A stretch of DNA of 62,848 bases, filler included, from Bacteriovoracaceae bacterium (lineage in GTDB: Bacteria; Bdellovibrionota; Bacteriovoracia; Bacteriovoracales; Bacteriovoracaceae), in the NCBI GenBank assembly GCA_018649885.1. It is 3 parts of 3 records of this genome, joined end to end, with 100 filler letters (N's around TTAATTAATTAA, not from the genome) between each part and the next. Parts side by side here need not be neighbours in the genome. Positions count along the whole stretch, not along the records: positions 53,364 to 62,848 come from JABIHA010000065.1; 2 more parts are not named here. The stretch is one strand, 5' to 3'. Position 1 is the first letter of the stretch. The number at the start of each line of letters is the position of its first letter. Under the pieces are notes generated by a model. It made no database searches, was not told where the DNA came from, and saw nothing but the letters and a program-made list of their open reading frames with translations. Made by a program: the position numbers and the translations under genes. Positions 58,747 through 62,848 of this stretch are shown here, piece after piece.

Positions 58747-59781
58747 ATGCTACTCAATAAAAAAAGAGCAAATATGTATATGAAACTCAATCTTGTTTTT
58801 GATAGTTTGAAGAAATTTGGGATATCAATTGTATTCATTTCTTTAGTTTCCTGCGCCTCCACCAATAAAAGGAAAGAAATGAAAATAATTAACTTGAGAA
58901 ATGACTTGGTTTCTTTTTGGAAGGAAGCAAAAAATAAGGATCACGAGAAACGAGTCAATCTTTGGAACGAAGTCATTGAGCAAAAATACCCATACTTGTA
59001 TTCTAACCAAGTCTGGCGATCTGAGTCGAGAAAAGGATGGAAGGATTTTAAGGCAAAAAAATTAAAGGAAACTTTTTCTTACTATGACTCTAGCTTTGAA
59101 AAGGTTGTAGACATGTTTGATTCTTTTAATGAGACCTTATCGCGACAGATGAGTAAATATTCAAAACTCTTCCCCGGTAGTGATTTTTCTAACACCCCCA
59201 TTGTTGTACTTCCATCAGCTATGACTTTTAACGGTAGAGGTGGCTCCCATAAAGATTACCCAGATGTCCCTGTTCTTTATATGGGAATAGACTTTATATC
59301 TCAAAGAAACGACAACATTGATATTTTGTACTCCCATGAACTTTTCCATATCTATCATGTAGATAGAATGAAGGTTAATGAAGAAGTTTTTTTGAAGAAA
59401 GGGAAGATGACACTCCCACTGTGGTTAGAGGGGTTTGCAACATGGGTGAGTGGTGAGTTTAATGAAGACGGCCGTATTGATGAGCTTTTGATGGATGATA
59501 ATTTTGAAAGTATTGATAAGAAAATTCTTAGAAGTGTTTCTTTAAGATTTTTACAAGATGCAGACAAATTAGTAACAGCAGATAAAATGAATATTTATCA
59601 ATCATGGTTCAATATGGATCAACCTCCCGTCATAAATGGCCTTCCTTCAAGGTTAGGCTATTTCCTTGGTTACTTTGTGGTCGATGAAATAGCTAAGAAA
59701 AACGATATTAAAGATATGGTTTTTTGGGATCATGAACGAGTGCACAAAGAAGTTGTATCAGCTCTCCAGCATTTGAAGTAA
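58747..59781 (+). CDS. Putative Zn-dependent protease lipoprotein (DUF2268-like)
   Basis: Lipobox LVSC, HELFH, downstream EG.A, RLGYFLGY; true start may be slightly downstream. Confidence 0.8.
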   Translation: MLLNKKRANMYMKLNLVFDSLKKFGISIVFISLVSCASTNKRKEMKIINLRNDLVSFWKEAKNKDHEKRVNLWNEVIEQKYPYLYSNQVWRSESRKGWKDFKAKKLKETFSYYDSSFEKVVDMFDSFNETLSRQMSKYSKLFPGSDFSNTPIVVLPSAMTFNGRGGSHKDYPDVPVLYMGIDFISQRNDNIDILYSHELFHIYHVDRMKVNEEVFLKKGKMTLPLWLEGFATWVSGEFNEDGRIDELLMDDNFESIDKKILRSVSLRFLQDADKLVTADKMNIYQSWFNMDQPPVINGLPSRLGYFLGYFVVDEIAKKNDIKDMVFWDHERVHKEVVSALQHLK

Positions 59782-59942
59782 GGGGAAAAAGCAACTATTT
59801 GATATAACTCGTTTCAAATAACAATGTATGAGTCGAAACTCACTGAGAAGGCTTCGATATAAGAATTGGCATTATTCAAAACAGCTTTAGCCAAGACTCG
59901 ATCAGATCATCATGCATGCAACTACCATGCTTTTTAGTCATG

Positions 59943-59970
59943 ATGCCCTATAACAGGTGTTATAAGGCAT
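59943..59970. other. 28-bp 11-6-11 inverted repeat (tyrosine-recombinase-like site or operator)
   Basis: ATGCCCTATAA-CAGGTG-TTATAAGGCAT. Confidence 0.45.
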
Positions 59971-60038
59971 TGAATTTATTGCACTTCCATGAAATTTGTT
60001 TATAAAACATTTATCCAAACCTGCACTTTCCAGAGTGC

Positions 60039-60070
60039 TTCACATTGTACTCAATTTCGAGTACGATGTG
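60039..60070 (+). promoter_or_regulatory. Sigma70 promoter of the TA operon, overlapped by a palindromic operator
   Basis: TTCACA-N17-TACGAT; inverted repeat CACATTGTACTC-N6-GAGTACGATGTG (60041-60070). Confidence 0.7.
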
Positions 60071-60073
60071 TTA

Positions 60074-60330
60074 ATGATCACGGAAGTTCGATTGTCGAAA
60101 AAGGCTCAGAAAGATTTAAAAAGTGTTCCTCAAAACATTTTGAGAAAATTTATGATCTGGGTTCAATTTGTTGAGGAGTTAGGAAAACTCCAGGGTTTCA
60201 CTTAAAAGGGAATAGAAAAGGTCAAAGATCAATAAGGTTGAATAAAGCTTATAGGGCCATTTATATAGTAAATAATGATGGATCTATTGAGTTTGTAGAA
60301 GTATTGGAGGTAAATAAGCATGAGTACTAA
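60074..60330 (+). pseudogene. higB: HigB/RelE-family toxin, frameshifted
   Basis: MITEVRLSKKAQKDLKSVPQNILRKF..WVQFVEE, then in the -1 frame VRKTPGFHLKGNRKGQRSIRLNKAYRAIY..EVNKHEY*. Confidence 0.8.
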
Positions 60331-60628
60331 CGCTAAAAAAATTCTGAAAAAATTAAACAAAGGCGACCTCTCCTTTGGTGATATGCTACTTACGATCAGA
60401 GAGACAGATGATATTACCCAGGCCGATCTTGCTAAAAAATGTAGAGTGTCGAGGGGTCTTATCTGTGACATTGAAAAAGGGCGTAGACTCCCTACTCTTG
60501 AGCAAGTTAAAATTTTTGCAGAAAAACTTGGTTATCCTATCCAAGGATTCTTAGCGCAAGTTCTAGAAGATCAATTGAAAAGTGCTAACTTAAAAAATTA
60601 TAAGGTTAAAGTGGAAGCAGCAAGTTGA
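60320..60628 (+). CDS. higA: HigA-like XRE antitoxin
   Basis: LSFGDML..IRE....TQADLAK...VSR..ICDIEKGRR; overlaps the toxin end; GGAGG RBS. Confidence 0.85.
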   Translation: MSTNAKKILKKLNKGDLSFGDMLLTIRETDDITQADLAKKCRVSRGLICDIEKGRRLPTLEQVKIFAEKLGYPIQGFLAQVLEDQLKSANLKNYKVKVEAAS

Positions 60629-60742
60629 TGACACCTACCTCCCCTATTTTTAGGATGCCTATCGTTTCTTTACTGCCACATACTCCACGGACGAAGTTTT
60701 CTCAATTGAGTTATCTGAAGCCAGATCTTTAATAAAGAAAGA

Positions 60743-61441
60743 TTAATATCGATATACAAAAAGTTTTAATCTAACGAAGATTAAAGATAGCCACATTAAA
60801 AAATTCATGATCATTGGCCGAGTTCCTCTAATTCTAGGCTTATCAACAACTGATAGTATATATTTGGAAGCCTTGACCTTTGAAATCATAAACGGCCTTA
60901 TCGATGCTTTTGCCATCTTTGTATTCACAAATCCAAATCTTATATTACTTATTCTTACGTTCGTCTTGGACAAAGCCAGTGCCAACCCTTCCCAGTAATT
61001 AGTTAAAGCTGACTTGGAGGCATTGTAACTAGGTGCTTCTTGTGAGGGCGCAAGGTCAGCAATTGAACTTAGACCGATGAAGTGGCCATGGTTATTTTTG
61101 ATCATATCATTGATCACAAGCTCTGTTGTAATAACTCCAGCCAATAAATTTACTTCAAAAACCTTTGTCTCAAATCGAATATTATTTGGGTCAAATCGTT
61201 CACCGATTCCAACAAAAAAAATACATAAGTCTATTTTTCTAAGTGACAGAGAGCGCGATAAAACTTCTCGGTACTCATCGCTGCTGACATCAACTACAAT
61301 ATGATTGTAACTGCTGTTCTCAATTGTAGAAGCACTTCTTGAGATTCCTGTTACATTGTATCCAATATCTAGTAGTCGTTTTGTAGTCTCTAGACCTATT
61401 CCATCAGAGTTACCAATTAAAAGTGCTACGTCTCCACTCAT
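60743..61441 (-). CDS. Short-chain dehydrogenase/reductase
   Basis: GNSDGIG, SS, YNASK, GFVNT.M. Confidence 0.9.
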   Translation of the reverse strand: MSGDVALLIGNSDGIGLETTKRLLDIGYNVTGISRSASTIENSSYNHIVVDVSSDEYREVLSRSLSLRKIDLCIFFVGIGERFDPNNIRFETKVFEVNLLAGVITTELVINDMIKNNHGHFIGLSSIADLAPSQEAPSYNASKSALTNYWEGLALALSKTNVRISNIRFGFVNTKMAKASIRPFMISKVKASKYILSVVDKPRIRGTRPMIMNFLMWLSLIFVRLKLFVYRY

Positions 61442-61602
61442 TTTCAAAACCTATTTCATTATTGTGATTTTTAATCATCGCTTTTTTACTATAAAAAAAT
61501 GCCTCAAATACGATTCCCCCCGTACGTTTAAAATAAGTCCAAATCTCACAAAGGGCAATTGCTCTCAGGTAATTGTGGTAAAAGAATTGAATATGAAAAC
61601 AG

Positions 61603-62709
61603 TTACAGAGAAAGCCCTAATTCTTTTTTGACTTCATTAGCATTCATTTGGCCAAGTTGTCTCCGCCCTCCCCTATCATTAATCCAGCTTAAATCTGTTT
61701 CAGATAAGGTTTCTTGAAAATCATCTGGTAGAGGCGTATTTGCATCAAATCTTGAGATGGCCTCCCAAATTAGGTTGGCATTAACTCCCCTAGAGTTTTT
61801 CCCATCGACCCTATTTCTAATTGCGTCTATAGTTCCACTATTGAGGTATGAGAATGGATGAATACATGGTGTACCCTTAAGATCACCTTTCTCAATTAAG
61901 TCTAAGCCTAGCTTTCCTATTTCAGTGAGCTCATGCCCCTTAGCGACTAACTCCCCTACTACCTTGGATTCTTTTTCTCTAATGGCGTCATCTGTAATGG
62001 CAGCTAAAACCTTTGAGACGTTATCATTATCTATACTTGAAGAGCTTGGTTTCTCTGAGTTGTTATTTGTGGCAATTCCAAAAAAATCTGCTCTTAAAAA
62101 GAAGCCATTTTTTCTAGTTTTTGGATCTGTGATAACTCCAATAATTCCATTTTCAAGTAAGTTATTTCTACAAGCATCAAATCTATTTAATTTTATATTA
62201 CCTTCAGTTGAAATTTCTGGTCTAGAAAGATAGGCAACTTGCTTATTCCACCCAAGTGTTTTTCTTAATATTAAAAGAAGAAATCTCATTTCTGTCACAT
62301 TTAAATTAGATAAAACTATTTTTTCCAGCACTTGGTTATGAATTATAGTAAATTCTTTAGTTGGTTTAGGAAGAGCATTCTCAAGAAGTTTCTTTGAAAG
62401 CACTTGCTTCGCTTTCTTTTTTGGCTTCTTTACAACAATTCTTTTTATTACTGGGCCCTCAGGTCTTCTTTCTTCTACTGGGCTTGCAATTATTTCTTGT
62501 TTTGGTTCTATGATTTTATGTGTGCTGCTCTCTTCTGTCTTTTCTTCTGGTTCAGCCAAGCTTTTGACTTCAAGCTTTTCCAAAGCAGGCTCTTCATCTA
62601 GGGCCTCATAAAGCCTGCGCCTTCGTTTTTTGGGTTTTTTAACAGACTCACTTGGAGTGCTGTCTATTCCCTTCTTCTTTAAAATTTCATCTATGCTATT
62701 TGTAGACAT
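61603..62709 (-). CDS. Replication initiator-like protein with phage lambda O-type N-domain and disordered charged N-terminus
   Basis: FTIIHNQVLEKI..SNL...EMRFLLLILRKTLGWNK....LS..EI matches the Phage_rep_O pattern. Confidence 0.7.
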   Translation of the reverse strand: MSTNSIDEILKKKGIDSTPSESVKKPKKRRRRLYEALDEEPALEKLEVKSLAEPEEKTEESSTHKIIEPKQEIIASPVEERRPEGPVIKRIVVKKPKKKAKQVLSKKLLENALPKPTKEFTIIHNQVLEKIVLSNLNVTEMRFLLLILRKTLGWNKQVAYLSRPEISTEGNIKLNRFDACRNNLLENGIIGVITDPKTRKNGFFLRADFFGIATNNNSEKPSSSSIDNDNVSKVLAAITDDAIREKESKVVGELVAKGHELTEIGKLGLDLIEKGDLKGTPCIHPFSYLNSGTIDAIRNRVDGKNSRGVNANLIWEAISRFDANTPLPDDFQETLSETDLSWINDRGGRRQLGQMNANEVKKELGLSL

Positions 62710-62727
62710 ATTTTATTTCCGTAATTT

Positions 62728-62847
62728 TTAGTGTTTTAAATCTTCTCCGAAATCTAATAAAAACTTAAAGTACATATCGTAGTCATCTTTTGCTTGAGAT
62801 GCTCTTGGAGATGCATAAATTGTCTCTTTGTTTGCAATGGATTTATC
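62728..62847 (-). CDS. parA: C-terminus of a ParA-family ATPase (truncated by window)
   Basis: DKSIANKETIYASPRASQAKDDYDMYFKFLLDFGEDLKH* resembles the ParA terminal helix motif; directly upstream of the rep-like gene. Confidence 0.55.
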   Translation of the reverse strand, partial: DKSIANKETIYASPRASQAKDDYDMYFKFLLDFGEDLKH

Positions 62848-62848
62848 A

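Larger units (their letters stand above)
53364..62848. mobile_element. Fragment of a plasmid or integrative conjugative element
   Basis: ParA-like C-terminus, phage-O-like Rep, HigBA-like TA and VirB2/VirB3(TraL)-like genes on one contig with no core genes. Confidence 0.7.

Noticed and set aside
59943..59970. Integron attC site
   Set aside because: AAC...GTT cores are present but only 4 nt apart, with no L boxes, no array and no integrase.
59989..60471. ORFs 59989..60174, 59996..60205 (N-terminal part) and 60229..60471
   Set aside because: Explained by the frameshifted toxin starting at 60074 and by antisense shadows of higBA.

Overview
AT-rich bacterial DNA. Gene content and protein style suggest a predatory Bdellovibrionota (Bacteriovoracaceae/Halobacteriovorax-like) genome; this is inferred, not searched. 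The window is three contigs joined by artificial 100-nt N44-TTAATTAATTAA-N44 linkers (24664-24763, 53264-53363), so adjacency across the linkers has no biological meaning. Contig A (1-24663) is core chromosome: tRNA-Gln-prs-pth-ychF, a class A PBP, beta-barrel OMPs, galU/priA, def-fmt-rpe-hutHUI and glpK. It also has an 844-aa secreted protein with a prion-like tail. Contig B (24764-53263) is accessory and metabolic: an HNH nuclease followed by a truncated tandem repeat array, a ceramidase, modABC, astacin, a frameshifted clan CD protease, an XRE/VWA pair, slyD, recQ, a PLD, a stand-alone secretin N-domain and orphan secreted proteins with sigma28 or sigma54 promoters. Contig C (53364-62848) looks like a plasmid/ICE: ParA end, phage-O-like Rep, decayed HigBA and VirB2/VirB3(TraL)-like genes. 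Its most unusual part is a divergent cassette: an XRE regulator plus a small exported protein ending in GGGGG, facing two paralogous exported proteins built from repeated GxD/ExSGGG-type modules. These two genes head the conjugation-pilin operon, making the cassette a candidate peptide-signalling system that controls transfer.
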